From: Rhodospirillales bacterium
Lineage (GTDB): Bacteria; Pseudomonadota; Alphaproteobacteria; Rhodospirillales; Casp-alpha2
DNA length: 64,000 nucleotides
Assembly: GCA_965262415.1 (NCBI GenBank)
Contig: OZ253533.1
Coordinates: forward strand, 1,131,222-1,195,221
Direction of reading: 5' to 3'
Below, one piece after another: positions 47,147 to 55,036 of the stretch. The position numbers and the translations under genes were made by a program. The notes under the pieces were generated by a model. The model saw nothing but the letters and a program-made list of their open reading frames with translations. It was not told the origin of the DNA and did no database searches. Every line of letters begins with the position of its first letter. Position 1 is the first letter of the stretch.

Positions 47147-47725
47147 GTGTCCGACCCGATCCTCATCGCCATGACCGGCGCATCCGGTGCCATTTACGGC
47201 ATCGAGACCCTGCGCCTGCTCAAGGAAATTGGCCAACCCGCACACCTGATCCTGTCGGAGGTCGCGCGCCGCACCATCGAGATCGAAACCGACGTCAGCG
47301 TCGACGAGGTCAAGGCGCTGGCCGAGGTGGTTCATTCGAACAGGGACCAGGCAGCCTGCGTTTCCAGCGGTTCGTACCGGACGCGCGGTATGCTGATCGC
47401 GCCATGCTCCATCAAGACGCTGTCCGGGATCGCCAATTCCTACGCCGACAACCTGATCATCCGGGCCGCAGATGTGTGCCTCAAGGAACGCCGGCGCCTC
47501 GTTCTGATGGTCCGCGAAACGCCCTACCATGCCGGACATATCGAGCTGATGCGCCGGGCCACGGATGCAGGCGCGATCATTTTCCCGCCGATGCCCGCGT
47601 TCTATGCCAAACCGAAAAGCATCGAGGATCTGGTGCGACAGAGCGTCGGCCGCGCGCTCGACCTGTTCGAGATAGAGCACGAGGAAATCACCCGCTGGAT
47701 GGGACCGCCGACCCAAGAACGTTGA
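47147..47725 (+). CDS. ubiX: Flavin prenyltransferase UbiX
   Basis: IAMTGASGAIYGIETLRLL and LIAPCSIKTLSGIANSYADNLIIRAADV motifs. GTG start. Confidence 0.9.
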   Translation: MSDPILIAMTGASGAIYGIETLRLLKEIGQPAHLILSEVARRTIEIETDVSVDEVKALAEVVHSNRDQAACVSSGSYRTRGMLIAPCSIKTLSGIANSYADNLIIRAADVCLKERRRLVLMVRETPYHAGHIELMRRATDAGAIIFPPMPAFYAKPKSIEDLVRQSVGRALDLFEIEHEEITRWMGPPTQER

Positions 47726-47774
47726 GGGGATCGACGGCGGTAAACAACACCGGAATGACCGGCGCAGACCGATT

Positions 47775-47803
47775 TTTTTCGCAGTTGTCATGCGTGCTTC
47801 AGG
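47775..47803 (+). promoter_or_regulatory. Conserved upstream box, copy 1 (TTTTTCGC-N3/4-TTGTCATGCG-N3-TTCAG)
   Basis: tttttcgcagttgtcatgcgtgcttcagg lies 50 nt before the 47853 gene. A near-identical box is at 48425. Confidence 0.45.
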
Positions 47804-47852
47804 ATTATCAGGTATGGGTTGATCCAATAGCTCGTCGCTACCGACGCATGTA

Positions 47853-48404
47853 TTGACCCGGCCCCTCGTTATGACATCCAGCATCCGCTTTATCCTCGCT
47901 ACCACATTGATTGCGCTTGCTCTTTCGGTGCCATCGCTTCCGCTCGAAGCCAAAAAAGGCGGTGGTGGCGGTGGTGGCGGTGGTGGCGGCGGTGGCGGCG
48001 GTGGCGGCCCCGCCCCGGTAACGATCGACGTGCGCCGGGATCTCGATTTCGGCGATGCAGCTGGGGACGGCTCGCTCTCCGGCACGGTCACCCTGAACCC
48101 GATTACCGAAATAAAAACCGTATCTGGCGGCGTGATCGATTTCGGCGGCCGCGAGCATGTCGCGGAGTTCCGGATCAACGGCGACAAGAATGCCGATGTC
48201 TACGTGGTGCTGCCGGCTTCGGTCACCATCACCACACCGGGCGGCACGATGACAATAAACAGCTTCACGATGGATCAGGGCAACCCGGTCAATCTCGGCA
48301 GCAAGGGACGGGCTACGATCAAGGTCGGCGCCACACTGAACCTGTCGCCCGGACAAAGCGCCGGCAACTATACCGGCAGCTTCACGATCTCGGCGGATTA
48401 TTGA
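47853..48404 (+). CDS. Secreted DUF4402-type fibre subunit with an N-terminal Gly17 tract
   Basis: Signal peptide, KKG(17)PAP, then DLDFG ... INGDK ... VGATLNLSPGQSAGNYTGSFTISADY (C-terminal G-x-Y-x-G-x-F-x-V/I-x-x-x-Y signature). Confidence 0.75.
   Translation: MTRPLVMTSSIRFILATTLIALALSVPSLPLEAKKGGGGGGGGGGGGGGGGGPAPVTIDVRRDLDFGDAAGDGSLSGTVTLNPITEIKTVSGGVIDFGGREHVAEFRINGDKNADVYVVLPASVTITTPGGTMTINSFTMDQGNPVNLGSKGRATIKVGATLNLSPGQSAGNYTGSFTISADY
47958..48008 (+). repeat. In-frame (GGY)17 triplet/nonamer repeat
   Basis: ggc ggt ggt x3, then ggc ggc ggt x2, then ggc ggc. That is 51 nt of uninterrupted GGY codons. Confidence 0.95.
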
Positions 48405-48424
48405 CGCCGTCCAGAAGGCGCCAC

Positions 48425-48454
48425 TTTTTCGCGAACTTGTCATGCGGCGTTCAG
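48425..48454 (+). promoter_or_regulatory. Conserved upstream box, copy 2
   Basis: tttttcgcgaacttgtcatgcggcgttcag lies upstream of the 48593 gene. Confidence 0.45.
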
Positions 48455-48592
48455 CTTTCACGGCTAGTTACATGGCGTAAGGAATGCGTGATGGCGACGA
48501 CGCCGAATGGACGGCAAAACGGCGCCGGTTACTGGCGCAATCACGCATCCGAATGCTGCATTATGTGCCTGGACCAATCGAACTCCTGACTG

Positions 48593-49114
48593 GTGTTGCC
48601 CGCAATGAAAGTTTCTTCTCGGCTCACGGCGTCGTTGTTGAAGACAATTATTTGTCTCGCGCTCGTTCAGACGGTATCGGGCAGCCCCGCTAGCGCGCAG
48701 ACACCGGCGCCGCTGCAACTCATTCAAAAAAGAGACATAAAATTCGGTACGTACGCGAGCGACATCGCCGCGCCCGGCACCGTCATTCTGAGTCCGAACA
48801 GCGACACCACATCCACCACGGGTGCGGTCTTCGACTTCGGCGGCGTCGTCAAGCGGGCAAGGTTTCAGATACTCGGCGAACCGAAAAGCTATGTCATCGT
48901 GACGCTGCCGACATCGATCACCATTCGCAAGGGAACCTCGTCGCATACTATGGTGGTCGACACGTTCACCATGGACAACACGAACCCTATCCGCCTGAAC
49001 AAGAACGGCAAGAGAACGATCAACATCGGCGCGACACTGCACGTCGGTATCAATCAGCGGAAAGGCAATTACAAGCGGGACAACGAATTCGTCGTCTACG
49101 TCGACTATCAATAG
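48593..49114 (+). CDS. Secreted DUF4402-type fibre subunit (paralogue of 47853)
   Basis: Signal peptide, DIKFG, FDFGG, ILGEPKS, and C-terminal IGATLHVGINQRKGNYKRDNEFVVYVDYQ. Confidence 0.75.
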   Translation: MLPAMKVSSRLTASLLKTIICLALVQTVSGSPASAQTPAPLQLIQKRDIKFGTYASDIAAPGTVILSPNSDTTSTTGAVFDFGGVVKRARFQILGEPKSYVIVTLPTSITIRKGTSSHTMVVDTFTMDNTNPIRLNKNGKRTINIGATLHVGINQRKGNYKRDNEFVVYVDYQ

Positions 49115-49130
49115 AAACCGGCAAAAACGC

Positions 49131-50003
49131 CTATGGCGCGGTTGCGGTCGCTTCCGCCATCAGCTCGGCACCCTCGTCGGCAATCGTCCGGTAAGCGACG
49201 TGCAACTGGTTGCCGGACAGAGTGACACCGTCCGGCACGCGCAACGTCATCTCAACGGTGCGGCTGTCATTCGGGGTATAGACGGCAAGCCGCATGACCC
49301 GTGCCACGACCACATCCTTGCCACCGGCCTTGAGCGTTGCCGTCAAATCGCCGAACGCGGAACGGTCACCGCTGCGGTCGAGATTGAAACGAATGCGCGG
49401 CAGATCGCCCTGCTGTGCCGCCGGAAGGAACTGCATGTCGCTAATGGTCACCGATTGCTTCAAGTCGCCGTGACGGACGATCACCGGAATGGCGATCCCG
49501 AAAACCGGGATCAGCCGTACAGCAGCACCGGTCGCCGGCGCCTCGACACTCTGTGATTCGACGTCGGGAACGGCGCGCATCATCAGGTGCGAACGGTATT
49601 CGCCCGGCGCCAGGTCTTTCGGCTTGCGCAGGAGAATCCGGATCGCCTGAGACGCCCCGGGCGCCAGCGAGACTTGTCGCGGCGAATAACGGAACAGCCG
49701 ATCGGCGAAATTCTGGCCTTCTTCCGGTTGCGCGATCTCGACCATGTTGCCGTTCTGCTCCATACGCATGTTGACGACGGAAATTCGGTAGGTCGCCGTT
49801 GCAGAACCCTTGTTCACCAAACCCAGCTGCGCCGAGCGGGTACGTCCCTCGAAGACGACACGGGTCGGCGCAACGACCAGATCGCCGGCGCTTTGCGCCG
49901 CCACCGTTGCCCCCTCGCCAAGCAGTGCAGCAAGCACCAGCATGGCGATGCCGGCAATTCGTGTGGCGGCGGCCGGGCCGCGATCTTTCGAAGTTCGGGT
50001 CAT
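49131..50003 (-). CDS. PapD-like periplasmic pilus chaperone
   Basis: Signal peptide, then LVVAPTRVVFEGRTRSAQLGLVNKGSATATYRISV (PapD_N pattern with the conserved Arg), and a second Ig-like domain. Confidence 0.72.
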   Translation of the reverse strand: MTRTSKDRGPAAATRIAGIAMLVLAALLGEGATVAAQSAGDLVVAPTRVVFEGRTRSAQLGLVNKGSATATYRISVVNMRMEQNGNMVEIAQPEEGQNFADRLFRYSPRQVSLAPGASQAIRILLRKPKDLAPGEYRSHLMMRAVPDVESQSVEAPATGAAVRLIPVFGIAIPVIVRHGDLKQSVTISDMQFLPAAQQGDLPRIRFNLDRSGDRSAFGDLTATLKAGGKDVVVARVMRLAVYTPNDSRTVEMTLRVPDGVTLSGNQLHVAYRTIADEGAELMAEATATAP

Positions 50004-50058
50004 GGGTAAGGCCTTCCTCTCAAAAGGTCCGGGCTGTCTTTATGTTTCGGAAATCTGT

Positions 50059-50829
50059 TCAGTTGTAGGAAACGACGATGCTGACGAACGGCGCGCTGGG
50101 CGAAAATGCCTGCGCGAGAACCGTTTCCCGCTCGCCCGCACCGGCACCGTCCGCTCCGGCGGAGGTCTGCTGCGAGCCGGCCGGCTGGTCACCGCCGGAT
50201 TGCTGCTGGCCGGATTGCCCGCCCTGTGCCTGCCTAGCGGCGGTCACGGCACCGACACTGAAAACATCGGCGCCGGATGCATCAAGCGACGGGGTCAGCC
50301 CGGCGCTGTGTTCGAATCCGCTGTAGCTGACAAGGCTGGCACCGTTCGAAAATACCGTCTGCTGCGGCAGGATCACGGCATAGGCCTGATTCGGCGCACC
50401 GGCAACGGCGATTGCCGCACTCGGACCGACCGGCACCACCGCCAATCCGGAACGCTGGAAACGAGGCGCCGCGGCGGTTCGCGTGCCGCTGCCGCCAGAG
50501 GCCGCCGGGGCTGGCGTCGGCGCCGGCGCATCGAAACCGATGTTGGTCGTCGTCGAAACGAGGATTGCCGGAATGCTGTTCGATCCGGTGAACGTCTGCC
50601 GTACTACGGTCGTCTGCTGCACCACCGTGGTCTCGGTCGTCACAGTGCCGATGCTGCCGGCGCCGTAGATGGTCGCGCCGACGGACGCGGTCGCCTGTGC
50701 CGCCTGTGCGCTCACATCAAGGAGCACCGCGCCGCTGCCGACGATGCCGAATGCGATGGCAAGTGCCCCGAATTGCCGAGCCGAAGTCATCAATGGTGCG
50801 CCCTGTAAATGATACGAATCGTACGTCAT
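50059..50829 (-). CDS. Two-module secreted subunit: T/V/Q-rich N-module, Pro/Ala linker, DUF4402-like C-module ending VSIVVSYN
   Basis: Signal peptide (starts possible at 50829 or 50790), TVTTETTVVQQTTVVRQTFTG, APAPTPAPAASGG, and a Q/G/S-rich insert before the terminal strand. Confidence 0.6.
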   Translation of the reverse strand: MTYDSYHLQGAPLMTSARQFGALAIAFGIVGSGAVLLDVSAQAAQATASVGATIYGAGSIGTVTTETTVVQQTTVVRQTFTGSNSIPAILVSTTTNIGFDAPAPTPAPAASGGSGTRTAAAPRFQRSGLAVVPVGPSAAIAVAGAPNQAYAVILPQQTVFSNGASLVSYSGFEHSAGLTPSLDASGADVFSVGAVTAARQAQGGQSGQQQSGGDQPAGSQQTSAGADGAGAGERETVLAQAFSPSAPFVSIVVSYN

Positions 50830-50900
50830 ATTCTGCCCTTGTTTGATCTCAATATCAAATGTTTAGCGGCAATCGCCGTCCTGTCGCGCTCAATACCGTC

Positions 50901-50933
50901 AAACAGAAAGGCCGCCGGGATGAACCGGCGGCC
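50901..50933 (-). terminator. Rho-independent terminator immediately after the major subunit gene
   Basis: Minus-strand read: ggccgccgg-ttcatc-ccggcggcc, followed by TTTCTGTTT. Confidence 0.75.
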
Positions 50934-50980
50934 CTTCTGTCGTTAGTTTCTCGCCAGCCTCGACTGAGGCGCGTTCGTCA

Positions 50981-51490
50981 TCAGTTGTACGACACCGTCA
51001 CCGTGAAGCTGCCCGAATAGCTGTCGGCAGCCTGGTTGGCGCCGACCGCCAGGGCGGCACCGACGTTCACGGAAGAGGCGCCAGAACCGTCCAGCGTCGG
51101 CGTCGCGCCAGCGTCGTCGGACAGGGTCGCCGTCATGTCTGCGCCGCCGGAACCGCCAGTCGCGGACAGCGTGGCCGAAGCCGGAACCACGAGCGAAAAG
51201 GTCTGGTTTGCTTCACCGGAAACAGCGAAAGACGCGGCGGTCGGCGCGTCACCCGACAGCAGGTCGACGTTGGCGTCGCCCGTCCGGGTGCCCGTCGTGC
51301 TGACGGTCACGGTACCGGCGGAGGTGGTCGGCGCGATCAAGCCGAATTCGAGGTCGGAAGTCTTGGAGATGGCAATCGGCGCCGTAATCGTGGCCGCTGC
51401 GGAGGCAGTGGCGTCGGCTGCTTTGGCGGCACCCGGAATGGCAATCATGGCAATGAGCGCGACCGCTCCGAGGACGTTGTTCTTCTTCAT
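50981..51490 (-). CDS. DUF4402-type putative major fibre subunit
   Basis: MKKNNVLGAVALIAMIAIPGAAKA signal, DLEFG, and C-terminal VGANQAADSYSGSFTVTVSYN. Ala/Thr/Ser/Gly-rich like structural pilins. First gene of its operon, followed by a terminator. Confidence 0.8.
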   Translation of the reverse strand: MKKNNVLGAVALIAMIAIPGAAKAADATASAAATITAPIAISKTSDLEFGLIAPTTSAGTVTVSTTGTRTGDANVDLLSGDAPTAASFAVSGEANQTFSLVVPASATLSATGGSGGADMTATLSDDAGATPTLDGSGASSVNVGAALAVGANQAADSYSGSFTVTVSYN

Positions 51491-51838
51491 GGTCTTTACC
51501 CTTTTGTCGAAACCCAATCGCTTGGGAAGTGAAAGTCTAAACTCGGCCGGTCGCTGACCATCCGATACCGCCATTTCGTAAGGCCGTTACCTGACAGAAA
51601 CATGACGAATTAAAAAATAATCGAATTATTTCAGAAGCTTACAGAAAGCTGACATAATCGGACAAATACCTTACAGCGCCTTACAATTTTGGTGGCGCCG
51701 GCCCCACGGGGTGGCACTTCCGGGCCGTTATGCTTAAGCCGTCTTTAACCATGATCGCCGCACTATGACCGGCGAGAGTCTGTGCGGCGCACTGGGCGCG
51801 CCGGGCCGGCTTTCGGGTAACTGGGACGAAGCGGTCGG

Positions 51839-54800
51839 TTGAAAACGAACACGCCAACTGGGAAAGGGCGCGGCATCCGCTGCACGATTCTTGCCGCCTT
51901 GCTGGCACTGGCGGCGCTGACCGGCAAGGCACAGGGCGATGTCGTCGACATGCCGCCTGCAGAGGAGGTCAAGTCGGTCTCCATGGACATGCCGCCGCCG
52001 GCACCTGAAACGGCACAGGCTCCCCCGCCGACACCGTCCCTCCCTGCCGCGCCTGCGTCCGGGCAGGCACCGCCGCCAGCACCGGCGACCCCGTATACGC
52101 AGCCGGAGCGCTCGGAAGAAGAACTGCTGATCCTGAAAATGACCCTCGGCAGTCTCGACCTCAGCGATGCGATCCTCGGTTACCCCAACCAGGGCAGCCT
52201 GCTCTTGCCACTGAGCGACGTGGTCGGGCTCTTCGATTTCCCCATCGAGGTCGATCCCGAGAACGGTCGAGCGGAGGGATGGTTCATTGAGGAGAATCGC
52301 CTGTTCTCGCTGGACCTTTCGGCCCGGCAGGTCGTCATCGCCGGCGAGAGCCGGACCGTGAACCCGGCTTACATGGAGCAGTTGCCCGACGACATCTACG
52401 TCGACGTGCGCGAGCTTGCGGTCTGGTTCCCCGTCGACATCGAGTTCGACCTGCCAAATCTGATCGTCGATGTGACATCGCGCGAGCCCCTGCCGATCGA
52501 GGCGCGCCTGCTACGTGATCAGCGCCGCGAAAAGGCACTCTCGCAGCGCCGGACCGACAAGCGTGATCTCAAGGAGGTCGAGGTACCATACGAATGGATC
52601 ACTTGGCCGGTCTCCGACACGACCGTGAACTTCACCGTCACCTCGGGCGACGACGGGCCCGAACTTACACGATCTTTCACGACCCTCGCCACGGCCGACC
52701 TGGCCAAGCTCAACGCCGACATATTCCTCTCCGGCGATGACACCGAGCGACTGAGCATCGCGCGCCTGAAACTGGGGCGGCAAAGCACCCGCGGCGATCT
52801 TCTCGGGGATATTGAGGCAACACAGTTCGCGGTCGGCGATATCTTCGCACCACAGGTGACGCACGTCTCGCGTACCGCGCTCGGCCGTGGCGCCTTCGTA
52901 TCGAATGAACCCATCGGCCAGCAGGTGGAGTTCGACCGTATCACGCTGCAGGGCGACCTGCAGCTAGGCTGGGAGGTCGAACTTTACCGGAACGAGGTTC
53001 TGCTCGATTTCCGCCAATCCCAGACCGACGGGCGCTATCTGTTCGAGGACGTGCCGCTCCTGTTCGGCGTCAATGTGCTCAAGCTGGTTTTCTACGGTCC
53101 TCAGGGACAGCGCCGCGAGGAGATCCAGCAGCTTCGCATCGGTTCGGAGCAGATCAAGCCGGGCGAGCACCTGTACGCGGTGTCCGCCAACCAGCAGGAC
53201 AGTCTGCTGCTGCTGGGTGACAAGGACAGCCTCAACACGGACGGCTTCCAGGGAAAATCACGGATGACCGCGGAGTACAAGTACGGCCTCAGCAAGGAGC
53301 TCTCGGTCGGTGCGAACTTCGCCAGCATCCCGTTCGAGGGCGGACACCGGTCCTACGGTGGCGCAAGTATGGTCGCGTCGCTCGGCCCGGTCTATACGCG
53401 CGCCGACGTGACCAAGGACATCGGCGCCGGCTGGGCCGGCACGCTGTCGGCCCAGACCAATATATTCGGCGTCACAGTGCTCGGCGAGCACACGTATCTC
53501 AACGATTTCCTGAGCGAGGAGTTCAGCGACGAGGCCGATCCGCTGGAATCGGAATCGCGTCTGCGCCTCGACGGCGTCCTGCGCGGCGGCTTTTTGCCGC
53601 ATATCCCCTATGCACTGACCGTCAACCACAGCGTCAACAAGTCACGCGACCGCTCGACCGAACTTCAGAACAGGCTATCGACGGCGATTGGTCCGGCATC
53701 CGTGACCAACACCCTGAACCTGGCCCTCACGGACCCGGCCGAATCCGCCGACAGTACCAGCGTCAGCGGCTCCCTTCAGATCGGCGGCAGGATCGGCGCG
53801 GTCCGGACACGTGGTCAGATCAGCTATGCGATCGACCCCGAAGCAACGATCAATTCCGCGGCGCTTTCCGGCGACTGGCGGCTCTCGCCGACGCTCAACG
53901 CGCGCGCCGGCATCAACAAGGAGCTGACCGGGTCACAGAAAGCGACCTACTCGATGGGCGTCAGTGCCGATGTCGATTACGTCGCGCTCGGTGTCGACGG
54001 ACAGTACGACGACCTCGGCGATTACGCGCTCAAACTGCAGTTCACCTATTCCTGGGGCAAGGATGCCGCGGACGGCGGCCTGCGCGTGAGCTCCAAGCCG
54101 ACCGCCGAGCGCGGTACCATGACCGTCAAGGTGTTCCGCGATCTGGACGGCGATGGCGCCTTCACCGACGGCGTCGACGAGCCCCTCGAGGGTGTCGGGT
54201 TCCGTTCCGGACGGGCGCAGCTGCCGCAAAAGACCAATGCCGAAGGCCTCGCTTTCGTCACCGGGCTCGACACCTACAGCCCGGTCCCGTTCGAGGTCGA
54301 TATCGGCTCCCTGGAAGATCCCTTCTGGATCGCCGCGCCCGAGGCGGTCAAGGTATCGCTTCGGCCCGGCGTGCCCGGCGAAATGGCGTTCGCCGTAATT
54401 TCGACCGGCGAGATCGACGGCGTCGTATATCGCCGGGACGGCGACTGGTCGGAACCGGTCTCCGATGTGCACGTGCAGCTCGTGGACATGTCGGGCGACG
54501 TCGTCAAGGAGGTCCGCTCGCAGTATGACGGCTTCTATCTTCTCGATTTCCTGCGCCCGGGTCGCTACACGCTACGTATCGACCCCGAGCAACTGACGCG
54601 CCTGAAGCTGCCTGACGTCCCGGCACGCAACGTGGAAATCGGTAACGACGGCACCATCCTCGGTGGCGAGGATTTCGTTATCGGCGGAGCCCTCGAAACG
54701 GAAGCCGCGTTCCGGGCACGGCTCGCCGCATTCGAGACGCAAGCCGCCGCCGAGGCGGCGTGGGCGGAGATCGGCGACCTCATCCGCAAGGGCCACGACG

Positions 54801-54970
54801 GGATCCGGCCGACCTACCAGGACACGCCAGCCGCGGACGGCACCGGCACGGTCGTGCACCTGTTCGCCGGTCCGTTCACCAGCCGCACCGCTGCCGGGGA
54901 CGCATGCACCCAGTTGCGCGCCGAATTCGGGAATACGTGGTGCAACCCGCAAGACATCCAGGCCCAATAG
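51839..54970 (+). CDS. 1043-aa secreted usher-like outer-membrane protein with Pro-rich N-terminus and C-terminal regulatory-like and SPOR-like modules
   Basis: TTG start and signal peptide. Pro-rich 60 aa. An N-domain reminiscent of usher NTDs (EELLILKMTLGSLDLSD ... LLLPLSDVVGLFDFPIEV). A long region of alternating beta-strand-like sequence. DLDGDGAFTDG, then GVVYRRDG ... YDGFYLLDFLRPGRYTLRI (CarboxypepD_reg-like), and a final roughly 85 aa that are SPOR-like. Confidence 0.7.
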   Translation: MKTNTPTGKGRGIRCTILAALLALAALTGKAQGDVVDMPPAEEVKSVSMDMPPPAPETAQAPPPTPSLPAAPASGQAPPPAPATPYTQPERSEEELLILKMTLGSLDLSDAILGYPNQGSLLLPLSDVVGLFDFPIEVDPENGRAEGWFIEENRLFSLDLSARQVVIAGESRTVNPAYMEQLPDDIYVDVRELAVWFPVDIEFDLPNLIVDVTSREPLPIEARLLRDQRREKALSQRRTDKRDLKEVEVPYEWITWPVSDTTVNFTVTSGDDGPELTRSFTTLATADLAKLNADIFLSGDDTERLSIARLKLGRQSTRGDLLGDIEATQFAVGDIFAPQVTHVSRTALGRGAFVSNEPIGQQVEFDRITLQGDLQLGWEVELYRNEVLLDFRQSQTDGRYLFEDVPLLFGVNVLKLVFYGPQGQRREEIQQLRIGSEQIKPGEHLYAVSANQQDSLLLLGDKDSLNTDGFQGKSRMTAEYKYGLSKELSVGANFASIPFEGGHRSYGGASMVASLGPVYTRADVTKDIGAGWAGTLSAQTNIFGVTVLGEHTYLNDFLSEEFSDEADPLESESRLRLDGVLRGGFLPHIPYALTVNHSVNKSRDRSTELQNRLSTAIGPASVTNTLNLALTDPAESADSTSVSGSLQIGGRIGAVRTRGQISYAIDPEATINSAALSGDWRLSPTLNARAGINKELTGSQKATYSMGVSADVDYVALGVDGQYDDLGDYALKLQFTYSWGKDAADGGLRVSSKPTAERGTMTVKVFRDLDGDGAFTDGVDEPLEGVGFRSGRAQLPQKTNAEGLAFVTGLDTYSPVPFEVDIGSLEDPFWIAAPEAVKVSLRPGVPGEMAFAVISTGEIDGVVYRRDGDWSEPVSDVHVQLVDMSGDVVKEVRSQYDGFYLLDFLRPGRYTLRIDPEQLTRLKLPDVPARNVEIGNDGTILGGEDFVIGGALETEAAFRARLAAFETQAAAEAAWAEIGDLIRKGHDGIRPTYQDTPAADGTGTVVHLFAGPFTSRTAAGDACTQLRAEFGNTWCNPQDIQAQ

Positions 54971-55036
54971 CGCCGCACGTGGATTTCCTGTCGAATGGGC
55001 GCGGGCGGCACATCATCCGGCATCCGGACGAAGCCC

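Noticed and set aside
47958-48008. Possible CRISPR or other array interpretation of the GGY repeat
   Set aside because: It is a perfect in-frame triplet tract inside a coding sequence, with no spacers. This is a simple sequence repeat, not an array.
47021-48187. 388-aa minus-strand ORF containing a poly-proline run
   Set aside because: The poly-Pro run is simply the reverse complement of the (GGY)17 tract. The ORF is antisense to ubiX and to the first DUF4402 gene.
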